A stretch of DNA of 64,000 nucleotides from Eledone cirrhosa (lineage: Eukaryota), in the NCBI GenBank assembly GCA_964016885.1, contig OZ024742.1:207328001-207392000 (forward strand), read 5' to 3'. Each line of letters begins with the position of its first letter. Position 1 is the first letter of the stretch. This document shows, piece after piece, positions 1 through 14,135 of the stretch. The translations under genes were made by a program, and so were the position numbers. The notes beneath the pieces are model-generated. The model had not been told where the DNA came from. It saw only the letters and a program-made list of their open reading frames with translations, and did not search any database.

Positions 1-920
1 GCCCTTTATGATCTGAGTTCAAATCCCGCCGAGGTTAACTTTGCCTTTCATCCTTACCAAGTCGATAAAATAAAGTACCAGTAATACACTGGGGTAGATT
101 TAATCGACTTTCCCCTCCCCCAAAATTGCTGGCCTTATGTCTATGTAAGAAACCATTATTATTATTAATCTTAGGGCGGTGGATGTGCAGTAACGGTAGA
201 ACGTCAGACACTATGCTTTGCGGCATAGTGTTATGGCCCTTTACATTCAGAGTCCAAATCCCGCCAAGGTTAGCTTTGCCTTTCATTCATACAGGGGCAA
301 TAAAATAAAGCACCAGTAATGCACTGGGGTCGATTTACTTCAAATTACTGGCATTGTGCCTAAAGTAGAAACAATTATTGTGATAATTACGTTCAGAATT
401 TAAATCCCGCCGAGGTTAGCTTTGCGTTTCATCCATACGGGGTTGATAAAATAAATCAATTGTAACGTATTGGGTTCGATTTAATCGACTTTCTCCTCCC
501 CAAAATTGTTGGCATTGTGTCTAAATTCAGAAACCGTTATTATTATTATTATTAACCAGACAATCTGATGTAATTGATTGGCTTGTCAGTATCGATAGAG
601 CGCCGGACAACATGCTTTACGGCATAGAGTTATCGCCCATTATGTCATAACTTCAAATACAACCGAGGTTAGCTTTGCATTTCATCATTACCGGGTTGAT
701 AAAATAAAGTACTAGTAACACACTGGAGTCAATTTAATCGACATTCCCTTCGCCCAAAATTGCTGGCCTTGTGCTTACGTCAGAAACCTTTATCAAGCAA
801 CAAATTTGTGGTGTGGTTAAAACGTTGGATTACGTGCATTGGCATTTGTTCCGGTTCTCTGCAGTCTGAATTCAAATCACGCCGAGGTCAATTTTGCCTT
901 TCATTCTTTTGAAGTACCTG
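1..920 (+). mobile_element. Cluster of ~5 head-to-tail diverged tRNA-derived SINE copies (Nin/Deu-domain-like)
   Basis: Recurring gagttcaaatcccgccgaggtt (B-box-like) followed by ctttgcctttcatcc...gtcgataaaataaagtaccagt near 15, 250, 395, 650 and 870; short TTA tails. Domain assignment is from recall of the motif. Confidence 0.8.
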
Positions 921-2500
921 TTTACTACCATTGTTCGTACCAAACGCAATATCTTTACTAACAATGTTCGTACCAAACGGAATATCTTTACTAACAATGT
1001 TCGTACCAAACGGAATATCTTTACTAACAATGTTCGTACCAAACGGAATATCTTTACTAACAATGTTCGTACCAAACGCAATATCTTTACTAACAATGTT
1101 CGTACCAAACGCAATATCTTTACTAACAATGTTCGTACCAAACGGAATATCTTTACTAACAATGTTCGTACCAAACGGAATATCTTTACTAACAATGTTC
1201 GTACCAAACGGAATATCTTTACTAACAATGTTCGTACCAAACGCAATATCTTTACTAACAATGTTCGTACCAAACGCAATATCTTTACTAACAATGTTCG
1301 TACCAAACGCAATATCTTTACTAACATGTTCGTACCAAATGGAATATCTTTACTAACAATGTTCGTACCAAACGGAATATCTTTACTAATAATGTTCGTA
1401 CCAAATGGAATATCTTTACTAACAATGTTCGTACCAAACGGAATATCTTTACTAACAGTGTTCGTACTAATTGGAATATCTTTACTAACAATGTTCGTAC
1501 TAAATGGAATATCTTTACTAACAATGTTCGTACTAAACGGAATATATTTACTACCATTGTTCGTACCAAACGGAATATCTTTACTAACAATATTCGTACC
1601 AAACGGAATATCTTTACTAACAATGTTCGTACCAAACGGAATATCTTTACTAACAATGTTCGTACCAAACGGAATATCTTTACTAATAATGTTCGTACCA
1701 AATGGAATATCTTTACTAACAATGTTCGTACCAAACGGAATATCTTTACTAACAATGTTCGTACCAAACGGAATATCTTTACTAACAATGTTCGTACTAA
1801 ATGGAATATCTTCACTACAATGTTCGTACCAAACGGAATATCTTTACTAACAATGTTCGTACCAAACGGAATATCTTTACTAACAATGTTTGTACCAAAC
1901 GGAATATCTTTACTAACATGTTCGTACTAAATGGAATATCTTCACTACAATGTTCGTACCAAACGGAATATCATTACTAACAATGTTCGTACTAAATGGA
2001 ATATCTTCACTAACAATGTTCGTACCAAACGGAATATCATTACTAACAATGTTCGTACTAAATGGAATATCTTCACTACAATGTTCGTACCAAACGGAAT
2101 ATCATTACTAACAATGTTCGTACTAAATGGAATATCTTCACTACAATGTTCGCACTAAATGGAATATCTTCACTAACAATGTTCGTACTAAATGGAATAT
2201 CTTTACTAACAATGTTCGTACTAAATGGAATATCTTTACTAACAATGTTCGTACTAAATGGAATATCTTTACTAACAATGTTCGTACTAAATGGAATATC
2301 TTCACTAACAATGTTCGTACTAAATGGAATATCTTCACTAACAATGTTCGTACTAAATGGAATATCTTTACTAACAATGTTCGTACTAAATGGAATATCT
2401 TCACTAACAATGTTCGTACTAAATGGAATATCTTCACTAACAATGTTCGTACTAAATGGAATATATTTGCTACCATTGTTCGTACTAAATGGAATATCTC
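921..2500. repeat. 33-bp minisatellite, ~48 copies
   Basis: Unit aacaatgttcgtaccaaacggaatatctttact repeated in tandem; explains the 11-aa repeat ORFs on both strands. Confidence 0.97.
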
Positions 2501-3858
2501 AAATAATCGTCTGAAGCGTTCCTTCTATTTATTACCGGTAAAACTCATCTAACGTCATAAAGATATCTACAATTTGGTAGCAATAAAAGCCATTATTTCA
2601 ACTTATTGCGGAGTTAAATATTTATCACATTTTATAATATTCACAGGCAAAAGAGTAGCAACTTGTTACAACATAAATCGGTGATTTCAACAATTTATAG
2701 CTGAAATATTTATGTTCAATGGGTACAAACTTATTTTTTTCTTTGAATGTTTAATATCTTATCTAAAATTCAGCGACAAGTTTTTATTTTGTCTATTAAA
2801 GTCTATTACAATCAGGCGGTGATGTTAAGACACGTCTTCTGATATTGTCGTAATATCTCCTAAATTTACGAAAAATAATAATAAATAAAATAAACAAAAA
2901 CCAAACAAAACCAAAAAATATCCGAGAAAAAAGCTTACAGCTACAATTGAGTGTATTTTTGTAAACTACTCTGGCTATATATATTGGCACTGGAAGATTC
3001 TGTGTCATATTAGGTCCGCTGGATAATAACATAAACCACCGTATGTTCCAAATCTCCCTGTTTGTATTTGGCTCTCATGTTGAACGATAAATGTTGATGT
3101 CAATTATTAGAAATGTATTTAAGTATATCATTACAAATATGAACAACAAAAGAAAAGGCATATTGAATAATGTAGACATGAATATAAAAGAAGGAATAGA
3201 CATATGTTTGCTTGATAGGGGTTAACATTTAGTTAAAACTAAAATAACAAACATGGTGTTTCCAAAGGTTTCTATTTGACTTATGCTATTAGTCTGGCAT
3301 TTCATTAATACTGATGTGTGTATACGATTAGATGTATATGATGGCTGTATGTGTGTCAATACATTATTGTTTATTCAAATGAAACACGAAGAAGATATAC
3401 GAGAGCATTGTTAGTGATCTAAAGTCAAAGAATTTCATACAGTCTCCATATTGTGCAGAAAGTATACAATATGCATTTTTCTATAGAATACCAGTGTACA
3501 TTCTACAGAACATACATTTCTAAAAAAATATTTTGGGAGGATAATTTTGGGGCGCGGAGAATATGTTGCTATTCTGGCTCTGAATAAATAAAATATTTTT
3601 TTACATAGGAGACAAGACAAATTAACTGGCACTTACTTTACCGAGCTTCGAAAGATGAACAGAAAAGTAGTCTTTGCGGAAAATTAAACTCGGAATATGA
3701 AAAAAAATATGAAACTAAATTTTCATTGAGGCATTCAGACGAAAAGGTCTTCCATATCCAAATATCGGGCCTATGCCCACACACCCAAACACAAATATAC
3801 ACACCTGAATACGTATGTAAGTACATACGTGTGCGCATATATATAATGGGTAAACTCA

Positions 3859-3995
<137 letters not shown>

Positions 3996-4039
3996 TTGAG
4001 TGTGTGTGTGTCTCTCTCTCTATACATATATATGAAAAT

Positions 4040-4105
4040 GTTCCCTGACGATTTGAGATTTTCGCAGCTCAGGCTGAGTTTGCTGAATGAAACTGCAGTA
4101 GGGAC
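4040..4105 (+). ncRNA. Type I hammerhead ribozyme motif with palindromic stem III
   Basis: gttcc-CTGACGA-(long stem II)-GAA-ACTGCAGT-A-gggac; stem I gttcc/gggac; GUA triplet. A degenerate second copy lies at ~4451-4518 (GAAA>TAAA). Confidence 0.65.
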
Positions 4106-4619
4106 GCTGAGTAAATAGATAAAGATTTCTTCCAGCAAGTAATTATTTAATGCTCTGAATAATTGATTTTTTATAAATTCCCTCATCGAGCCAAATTGGT
4201 ATCTGTCAGACTCCCTCATATGTATGTATGTACTTGAGTATGTATATCTTCACTATATATGTTAAATACTCCCCTACGGTTGAGTAAATAATTTGGCCGA
4301 ATCGGACTGCTATATTTAGCAGCATTTCCTACTTGCCATTGTCCATATATCTCTGCCTTTCTGTAGGACGCTAACCACGTGATAATTCTCCAGTTTGAAT
4401 TTAATCACGGCTAGTGGACAATTCAGTCAATTTTTTCTCTTCCTCGAAAATGTTCCCTGACGATTCGAGCTTTTCACAGCCTAGGCTGAGTTTGCTGAAT
4501 TAAACTACAGTATGGACATTGAGTAAATAGATAAATATTTCTTTATTTTATCTTCGTTTCAGCAAGTAATTTTATATATATATATGCGCTGGGTAGGGAA
4601 TCGTGTTTGCATCAATAAC

Positions 4620-5175
4620 GCAAGGCTCCAAAGGAAAACGAGCACAGCATAATTCTAAAAAAATCTACAAAGATTTTGTTAAGAAAAATGTAAAATTTCT
4701 GCGTTTAGATATAAATCAATTGGAAAAGCAAGCTCCTGATCGTAATAATGGGGAAAGATGATTAAAACAGTGTGTCAACTATTGGAGGGAAAAAAATAAA
4801 GAAAAAGAAAAAGTGGGCTAAAACAAGAACTAAGAAAGTATGAGTTGGTGAGTGAAAATGTTGATTATTAGAATTGCAATTTCTGTCACCGTTTCCTTCT
4901 GACTAACGCCGGTTTTGCAGACCATATGAAAACATCTGAAAAAACAATGACACAGGCAGATTATGTTGCAAATCTCCCTGTTACTGTTTGTCAAAATGTA
5001 GCAAGATAAGTAAGACAACCTCTGGGTTAAAATGACATATGAAGGTTCATCAATACAAAATTCCACATCCTGATCCAATAAACTGAGTACACACACTGGC
5101 ATACATTTGTTAATTGTACCAAAGACAGTTGTAAATCAGTTGCTGGATTGAAAAGTCACCTCGGTGCACATGGTT
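4620..5175 (+). pseudogene. Degenerate 3' end of an RTE-like LINE ORF with C2H2-like fingers
   Basis: Hand translation: GKRAQHNSKKIYKDFVKKNVKFLRLDINQLEKQAPDR, then CNFCHRFLLTNAGFADHMK, KCSKISKTTSGLK*HMKVH and CNCTKDSCKSVAGLKSHLGAH. Confidence 0.55.
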
Positions 5176-5546
5176 GTTTGGAAACTTGTTGGAGGAATTG
5201 CGATGATGTGGAGACGGCTATCATCTGACAAGATGAAGCAATCATCATATATATGTACATTTAAATTGGTGAGTGCACTCGCGCGGGCATGCGTGTGTGT
5301 TTCGTGGTTGTGTGTATATATGTATATAAGAAACAATTTACAGAAAGAGAAATTTCGGAATTGGTACTTTACGTTATGCAGCATGGCAGTTGTCTACTAA
5401 ATCTCTAATTCTCTGTCTAAATTCATTAGACAGAGATTTTAGGAAATATTATAATACCACATTACAAATGTTTTAGTTGAGTTAATCCTTTGTAGGCATA
5501 TTCCCATAGAGAAGTGCACACATATATTAAGTGATAAATATATATA

Positions 5547-5680
<134 letters not shown>

Positions 5681-5727
5681 TATAAAATAATTAAGTCAAA
5701 TTTGTAAAATTTGGCTTCGTTTATTAT

Positions 5728-5782
5728 ACTGCTATATATATTTCGGTCACAGCTATCATTGGCTGTGAACTCTTCAGGCAGT
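5728..5782 (-). ncRNA. Minimal type I hammerhead ribozyme
   Basis: Reverse complement: actgc-CTGAAGA-gttcacagc caatgata gctgtgacc-GAA-ATATATAT-A-gcagt; perfect 5-bp stem I, palindromic stem III. Confidence 0.8.
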
Positions 5783-5897
5783 CCAAATTGGTGTGGGAAA
5801 GACAGGTGCACATGTTGTTGAAGTGTGTTTTACTCCGTGAATACATCGATATATCCAGCTCCTGGTTGTGTTGTTATTTCTCTGGGCAACTGGATTC

Positions 5898-5928
<31 letters not shown>

Positions 5929-5971
5929 AGATAATTAAGTCAAATATGTAAAATTTGGCTTCGTTTATTAT

Positions 5972-6026
5972 ACTGCTATATATATTTCGGTGACAGCTAT
6001 CATTGGCTGTGAACTCTTCAGGCAGT
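5972..6026 (-). ncRNA. Minimal type I hammerhead ribozyme (second copy of the dimer)
   Basis: Same fold as 5728-5782 with a substitution in stem II. Confidence 0.75.
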
Positions 6027-6138
6027 CCGATTTGGTGTGGGAAAGACAGGTACACATGTAGTTGAAGTGTCTTTTAGTCCGTCAATACATCGATATGTCC
6101 AGTTCCTGGTTGTGTTATTATTTCTCTGGGGAATTGGA

Positions 6139-6248
<110 letters not shown>

Positions 6249-6267
6249 TATATATATAACTGGATTC

Positions 6268-6328
<61 letters not shown>

Positions 6329-6456
6329 AAATATATAGATTTACATTTACATAAACTAGACAGAGCCATAGATATATATATGTGCTTTTGGCAACCATTC
6401 ACAGTGTGGCTCAATGACGAATTAATTAATTAAATAATCAACAATCAGAGCAATAC

Positions 6457-6922
6457 ATAAGAAAGTACGTCCATAGAATCATGTGATAAAACATATGTAC
6501 AGTATTTGCCATCCCAATCTACATAATTAACCACACAAAAAATCAATTAAACAAGGCTATAAGTTTAAAAAGCACCTATGAAGAAACAATAGATAATCAA
6601 GCGATAGCTATTTTATCCGCGATCAACAGCCACAGAATATTTACCCAGTATTTCTAATAGCTCGTGGAAATCGATTAGATATATAGCCAACCATACACAA
6701 TTAGGTACAAAATCAAAGTTAGGAGAAAAAATGTATATAAGCATACCTAAATTATGTCTCTACTCCATGAGGTTTCATTAGCTTTTAGGAAATGTTTCTT
6801 CATAGGTGCTTTTTAAACTTATAGCCTTGTCTAATGGATTTTTTGTGGGGTTAATTATGCTGATTGGGAGAGGAAATACTATATATATTTTATCAAATGA
6901 TTCTATGGACGTACTTTCTTAT
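6457..6922. repeat. Element bounded by ~130-bp imperfect inverted repeats (MITE-like or inverted pLTR)
   Basis: 6457-6588 is the reverse complement of 6793-6922; related arm sequence at ~21805-21940, ~41985-42113 and ~46605-46740. Confidence 0.75.
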
Positions 6923-6942
6923 ATATATATATATATATATAT

Positions 6943-8550
6943 TCGATCCAATAGAGGGACCAGCAGTGCAAGTTGAAGGTAGTATAATAAGTAAGGCAAT
7001 CAAAGATATGAAGACAGGCAAGGCAGCTGGGCCTTCAGAGATAGTTGCTGAAATGCTGAAAGCATCTTGAATGGTGGGACACGCCATGGTCACCCGGATA
7101 GTAAACCAAGTCATACAGAACGGGGTCATACCAAATGACTGGCGTAGCAGCTACAAGGGTAAAGGAGATGCACTAGATAGTGGAAACTATAAAGGCATTA
7201 AATTAATTGATCAGGTCATGAAGGTTACAGAAAAAGTTATAGCGCAACTAATCAGAGAGGAAATTGATCTAGACGAAATGCAGTTTGGGTTTGTGTCAGG
7301 TAAAAGTACCACAGACGACCTTTTCCTTGTACGACAACTATAGGAGAAGTACCTAGCTTAAAGTAAACGCCTATACTTAGCTTTTGTTGACTTGGAGAAA
7401 GCATTTGACAGAGTCTCCCACGCTATTATCTGGTGGGCCCTTAGAAAACTAGGGGTTGATGAATGGCTTGTGCGAGCTATACAAGCCATGTATAAAGAAA
7501 TAGTCAGCAAGGTTAGAATTAACAACGAATATAGGGAAGAATTTAGCGAATAAGTGGTGTTCATCAGGGCTCTGTCCTTAGCCCCCCTACTATTTATTAT
7601 TGCCTCTCAGGCTATAACAGAGGAGTTCAAGACCGGCTGTCCATGGGAACTTCTCTATGCAGATGATCTAACACTCATAGCTGAATCGATGGATGAACTA
7701 GAGAATAAATTCCAAACATGGAAGCATGGTCTAAAATCAAAAGGTCTTAAAGTTAACTTGTCTAAAACTAAAGTTCTAGTATGTAGGAAAGAAAATAGGG
7801 CTCTGGTCCCCTCTGGGAAATGGCCATGCTTAGTGTGTAGGAAAGGAGTTGACAGAAATTCCAGAATTTCCATTTTATGTCCCAAATGCAGAGTATGGGT
7901 GCATAAAGGATGTAGTGGAATCACAGGTAAGCTATCTAAGAACGTAGATTTTATATGTGGCCGGTGCTCAGGTGGAATAAATAGCAAGCGCCCACAGGAT
8001 ACTAGCTCCTTCTATTGCCCAGATGGCTCTATAGAAATAGTGGACACCTAGGTGACAAAATCAGCAGTGGTGGAGGGTGCTATGAAAGTAGAGTAGCCAG
8101 AGTCAGAACGGGATGGAAAAAATTCAGAAATTATACCACTATTGGCCGCTAAAGATTTCTCTCTAAAAATGAAAGGCAGACTGTATGTTACATGGCAGTG
8201 AGACATGGGCATTGTGTGCAGAGGATCTGCGCAGACTGGAGAGGATGTGTAATAGTAATATAAGTGAACAGCAAAGCATAACGGAACTAAGTAAGAAATT
8301 AGGTATAAGAGGGATCAGATACTGTTTACTCGAGAGAAGACTACGTTAGTATGGCCACATGATGCGCATGAAAGTCGACAGCTGTATAAAAAAGTGCAGG
8401 GCGATCAAAATTGACGGAAGTTACGGAGTAGGCAGACCTAGAAAAACTTGGGACGATTTGATAAATTCAGACTTACACCTCTCTAAGACAACGCCGCTGG
8501 ACCGAGATCTTTGGCGCTACGCAGTAATACAGAAAACCCGCCTTGCCTAA
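6943..8550 (+). mobile_element. 5'-truncated RTE-clade LINE; disrupted RT with a Cys-rich PHD-like insert
   Basis: ORF pieces: KTGKAAGPSEIVAEML; YKGKGDALDSGNYKGIKL...QFGFVSGKSTTD; LSLAPLLFII...LLYADDL; WPCLVCRKGV...CPKCRVWVHKGCSG...ICGRC; GRPRKTW. Stops and frameshifts present. Confidence 0.9.
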
Positions 8551-8689
8551 GTACAAAGCGAAACCTACAGTCAGTAGGCACCTCTTAATCAAATATACAC
8601 CCCCTCCCACCCTCCCAACCCCCAACCCACCCCCATCAACAGCACCCCTTTCTCTGTAAAGTTATGTTGGTACCACAACATCCAGTCCT

Positions 8690-8942
8690 AAATAAATAAT
8701 GGTCGTGTAGGTGTCAGGACAAAAAACACAGTCCAAGCTGTAATGTGGTCGTGTAGGTAACACGGTAAAAACCTCCCAGTCCACACTGTAAACGTGGTTG
8801 GTGTTAGGAAAGGCATCCAGCCGTAGAAAACCTGCCAGACAGTCCCATACGAGCGAGACAACCAATCTTGCCTCAAGTGTGACAACTCCCGTCTAAACCC
8901 ATGCTAGCGTGGAAGATAGACGTTAAACGATGATGATGATAT
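8690..8942 (+). mobile_element. SINE 3' part (Meta-core-like) ending in (GAT)n
   Basis: ggttggtgttaggaaaggcatccagccgtagaaaacc ... gacgttaaacgatgatgatgat. Confidence 0.65.
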
Positions 8943-9157
8943 TCATATATATATATATATATATATATAGGAAAAAGTATGACCCAGACGGCAGAGCTCG
9001 AGCCGTTTCGACGGATATTTCTGGTCCAGAAATAGTCGTCGAAACGGCTTGAGCTCTGTCGTCGGGGCTTTTTCCTATTACCCACTCTACTACCCTAAGT
9101 ATTGAGTACTCTGGTGCGTTATGGTCCATCTGGTTCCTTATCACAACTCCTCCGTTT

Positions 9158-9233
<76 letters not shown>

Positions 9234-9355
9234 GACATACACACAAACACATTTATGTGTATGTGTGTGTATCATGGGGGACTGGTATTTTGAATTTCAC
9301 GGTAGCAATGGCTAATTCATGCAATGATTTATAGCTATATATCTATAACCTGACA

Positions 9356-9424
<69 letters not shown>

Positions 9425-9495
9425 CTCTCTCTCTCGCTCTCTCTGGTATACACACACGCACACACACACACACGCAAACACACACACAAACATGC

Positions 9496-9532
<37 letters not shown>

Positions 9533-10142
9533 CTTATACATAAACAAACGTTCCATTCTCATGAATCACTCCATCGCTTTCGTTCGTTCGATTAGATGAC
9601 AAACTGTTTGACCTAGTTAAGAATTTGGGAATATGTTATTGTTCATTGTACATTCTACTAAACTATCTTTGATTCTTATATCGCAATGAACAGCAAAACA
9701 GAATCTCTAGTCTCCAATTAAATATAGCCTTGAAATTATATTGAAAAAAAAACAAAACAAAAATATATATAGGTACCTCAGAATTCGATAAAAAAATAAA
9801 ACAGTGAGACTGATACAAACATGGTAACGAATGTAAATAAGTAATACTTGTTTTAAGACAATTCCACTTGGTTAAAAAAGATTGCGTCGGACTTTTCAAA
9901 TTTTCCAAATTGTATATTTTTGGACTACTTTAAGAAAAGAACCACCTTTCCAGCATATACGTGTATATATGGAATCAAGCTGGCAGTCGTATGGAACAAT
10001 GTAGGAAAATATAAAGTACATTATAAAATCAATATTAGCCCCAATTTATACGATCGTTAGCATACGGAAAATTATATTAAAAGTCCACACGCATATATAC
10101 GCATATATAGATACATATACATATATTTTTACATACAGACTC

Positions 10143-10242
<100 letters not shown>

Positions 10243-10751
10243 GTTCGCGTGAGCGCGAAAAGTAAACGGAAACAATAATGAAAACAATACAGTACCCTGA
10301 ATAATATATTAATTTAATGCTTAATAATATAGATAGGAAAGAGTCTACTTTTCAGACACTAGTCCTTCATCAGAAGATAAAATGAGAAATAAAAGCGTGA
10401 GAAGAGGAAGGAAAGGAACACATTTTCTTTTTCGAGGAAAAGAAAGTGTGTTACCAGTGAACAATAAATATACATATGCATACATGTGCATACATGTGCA
10501 TACATATGCATTGGTGTGATATAAATATTCGCAATGTTTACATTGATTCAAGGAGAAAAATATTAATTCTGTTTATTTTTATCACAGAAGGTAGAGATTA
10601 TTATGGAAGCAGTGCTCTTAATATCACAACAATTTGGCATATATGCATACTATATATATATATATATATATATATATTCCCACCTACTACCCTAAGTATT
10701 GAGTACTCTGGTGCGTTATGGTCCATCTGGTTCCTTACCACAATTCCTTTG

Positions 10752-10882
<131 letters not shown>

Positions 10883-11052
10883 TACATATATATATATTTC
10901 GTTGACAAATATATCAATATGTCTAGACATGTAGATATATTTCCCTTGGTATGACAGTGTGGCTTTAGCTCAATGTAGGATAACTAGTATACTACAAAGC
11001 TGTTATAGTTATAGGAATAACCAAAGAGTGCTTAGAAATACATTGTTTTATT

Positions 11053-11099
11053 AGCTAACAGTGTTTCATCCATACACCATGGCAGGAATCTTCAGAGCC
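11053..11099 (-). ncRNA. Hammerhead-like motif
   Basis: Reverse complement: ggct-CTGAAGA-ttcctgccatggtgtatggat-GAA-ACACTGT-T-agct; 4-bp stem I, weak stem III. Confidence 0.45.
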
Positions 11100-11257
11100 T
11101 ATAAACATGAGTATATCAGTAGTTGCATGCTCCATCGAGCAAGGTTAAATGACCACCAGAACAAGGTAAAATGACCAGCAGGGGCGTCCCGAGGCTAGCG
11201 CTATATGGAAAAATACATAATACATGATGCTCATTATGTCATAAAATGTCTTAAAAT

Positions 11258-11483
11258 TTAAAAATTAAAAATTAAAAATTAAAAATTAAAAATTAAAAAT
11301 TAAAAATTAAAAATTAAAAATTAAAAATTAAAAATTAAAAATTAAAAATTAAAAATTAAAAATTAAAAATTAAAAATTAAAAATTAAAAATTAAAAATTA
11401 AAAATTAAAAATTAAAAATTAAAAATTAAAAATTAAAAATTAAAAATTAAAAATTAAAAATTAAAAATTAAAAATTAAAAATT
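11258..11483. repeat. (AAAAATT)n heptamer satellite, ~32 perfect copies
   Basis: Directly visible. Confidence 0.97.
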
Positions 11484-12462
11484 ACACCAAAAATGTATCA
11501 CTTATATGGTGCAATAGATGATAAAGAGGTTGAGAGAGGGTAGCAAGGGATGAGTGAGGGTATTACTCAGCATGATCAGAAATAATCAGAAAATATAAGA
11601 AAATAAAAAAAATAATAATAAAAAAGTACAAAAATACAGGGATAAGAAAAGAGATAAATACAAAAATACGAAACAATTAATGAACAAAAAGCCCGGAACC
11701 CCCCCTCCCCAATAAAATATATAAGACAAAGCAAAGCATGGATGCATCAAAGCACAACCACTGCAAAAAGTGGTGTACAGGCCGACCAAGAGAGTTTGCA
11801 AGCATGAGTCTGTGAAAAGAATTGTTGGTTAGAGTAATGCAGCCTTACATGTATGATAGTCCATATGAGGGATGGTGTACTCCAAATATATCGCCCTGTA
11901 ATATGTCGATTCTCCTTATCATATCCGCACCCTACGAACCACATCGATATGTCCAGTTCCGAACTCCAAGTGAGATAACACTATTTTTCCAAAACATATA
12001 GCCATGGGATTTATCACCATAGGCGGTCTGGGATATATACATAAAATCTACAATAAAAAATAAAAGAAGGAACTACGAGTTAAAGAAATGTATGGCACAT
12101 ATACAGCCGGCACAGATGTGAGGAAATGGAAAACATTCGGTCACTCAATCCAACGTGCCAGGTGAAATTCACTGTATGTCCAAGTTGGCGTTCAACCAAT
12201 GTATCGCACCGCATATAACTGTACCACAGCAAATACAAATCGTGATGGCAATCCAGTCACACACAGATGAAAGCGCACACAGGAAACTCAGCTTCCAGAA
12301 TCACGTATGGCAAAATGAGCATATATTGTTATAATAATAGGCGGGTTTATTATAGTGAGTGCAAGTTTCTGTAGGATATATAGATATATATAGAAGGGAC
12401 AACTCACAACCAAATCCACCTATGACAGCCATGTTATTTATATTTCCGCCACGTGGTATTCG

Positions 12463-12502
<40 letters not shown>

Positions 12503-12862
12503 TAGATAGATAGATAGAGAGAGAGAGACATTTATGTACTTATTTTGCAGGAATCTTGATGTGAAATCGTGTGTTGAAACATATATTGTTATATTTGAGG
12601 CTGGTCATGTTGCCAATAATGACACAGAAATACATGATGGAATAAAAAAAAATAAGACCAGAAAAATAGGAAGCACAGAGGAAAACAAATATTAATTGAT
12701 GATGTCTCAGAACGAGTTACGTAAGTAATATGACGAAATAACTAATAGCTAATAATAAAGCTGAAGTGAAAAATCAAATAATAAGTGTCTTCTTTATTGG
12801 CAGTTTTGGCAATATGACCATAACGATATATAATAAAATATATATATATATATATATACACT

Positions 12863-12937
<75 letters not shown>

Positions 12938-13205
12938 CTCTCTGGATTTTTTCTCTGTCTGATGGTTTGATATCTCCCCGTTGTTTTTCCTCTGTTCTCT
13001 TTTCTTTTTGCTTTCTTCTTTTTCTTTATCTATCTCTCCCTTTCTTTTCTCCACGTTTCTCTCTCTCTCTCCATCTTTTTACTTACTCTTAACACTATGA
13101 CTTACTAAAGTAAACAAATCACTATCCTGATGGCCTCCAAAAACAACGGTCAATTTTTAAAGGGTTACGTACGTCAATGTCTATTTATAAAACTGTTATA
13201 TATTG

Positions 13206-13270
13206 TATTTTGTCTGATGAAGGCATACCATAATGTAACTTGGTATCCTTGAAATATATATAATGAAATA
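13206..13270 (+). ncRNA. Minimal type I hammerhead ribozyme
   Basis: tattttgt-CTGATGA-aggcatacc...ggtatcctt-GAA-ATATATAT-A-atgaaata; 8-bp stem I including 2 G-U pairs; palindromic stem III. Confidence 0.7.
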
Positions 13271-13689
13271 AATATGGTTTTATAAATATAGTTTCCATTT
13301 ATTAATATCGTATATATATATATATATATGTATGTATATAAACACATTAACTCGGCGTATGGAAGCTAAGACAGCAAAATACCGTCGAAGTGGCGTTGAG
13401 TAAAATATTACCTCGAAGGACAGAGATCAGCGGCTCGGTGTGAGTGGACACGAAGGAAAGAAGTGGTAATATATTACTCAACGCCGCTTCGACGGTATTT
13501 AGCTGTCTTAACAGCTTCCATACGCCGCGTTTTTCCATCTTCCTGAGAACATATATATATATATGACTCTCTCTCTTTCTCTCTCTCTCTATATATCTAT
13601 CTATCTCACTCTCCCCCCTCTCTCTCTCTCTCTCACTCACTCTATCTATGTCTCTCTCTCTCTCTTTGTATATATATATATATATTATA

Positions 13690-13880
13690 TAATTGTTTCT
13701 ACGTTTGGCACAAGGCCAGCAAATACCCAGTACATTACTGGTACTTTATTTTATCGACACCGTAAGGATCAAAGGCAAAGTTGACCTCGGCGGGATTTGA
13801 ACTCAGAATGGAAAGGGCCGTAACTCTCTGCGTCAAAGCATGACGTCCGATCCTCTACCGATACTGCCAATCCACCGCCA
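13690..13880 (-). mobile_element. Nin/Deu-like SINE copy
   Basis: Reverse complement of the 1-920 family (ctggtactttattttatcgac...ggcgggatttgaactcag). Confidence 0.85.
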
Positions 13881-14082
13881 TATATATATAATATAATATA
13901 TATATATTATATTATATTATAAATATATATAACTAGCCAGTTATCCATACAACATCCTCTTGGGAAGCCGGCTGTTATCCATGCATACCATGTAACCACT
14001 TCTGTTTTTACAATGTGTTCTCTCAAGGATCTCGGTGTCTATTACTGGATGTCTCAAGTTTATTCCAGCAATATTTCATAGA

Positions 14083-14135
<53 letters not shown>

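Noticed and set aside
921-2500. CRISPR array or repeat-protein gene
   Set aside because: Contiguous 33-bp units without unique spacers, no cas genes and a eukaryotic context; the ORFs follow from the unit length being a multiple of 3.
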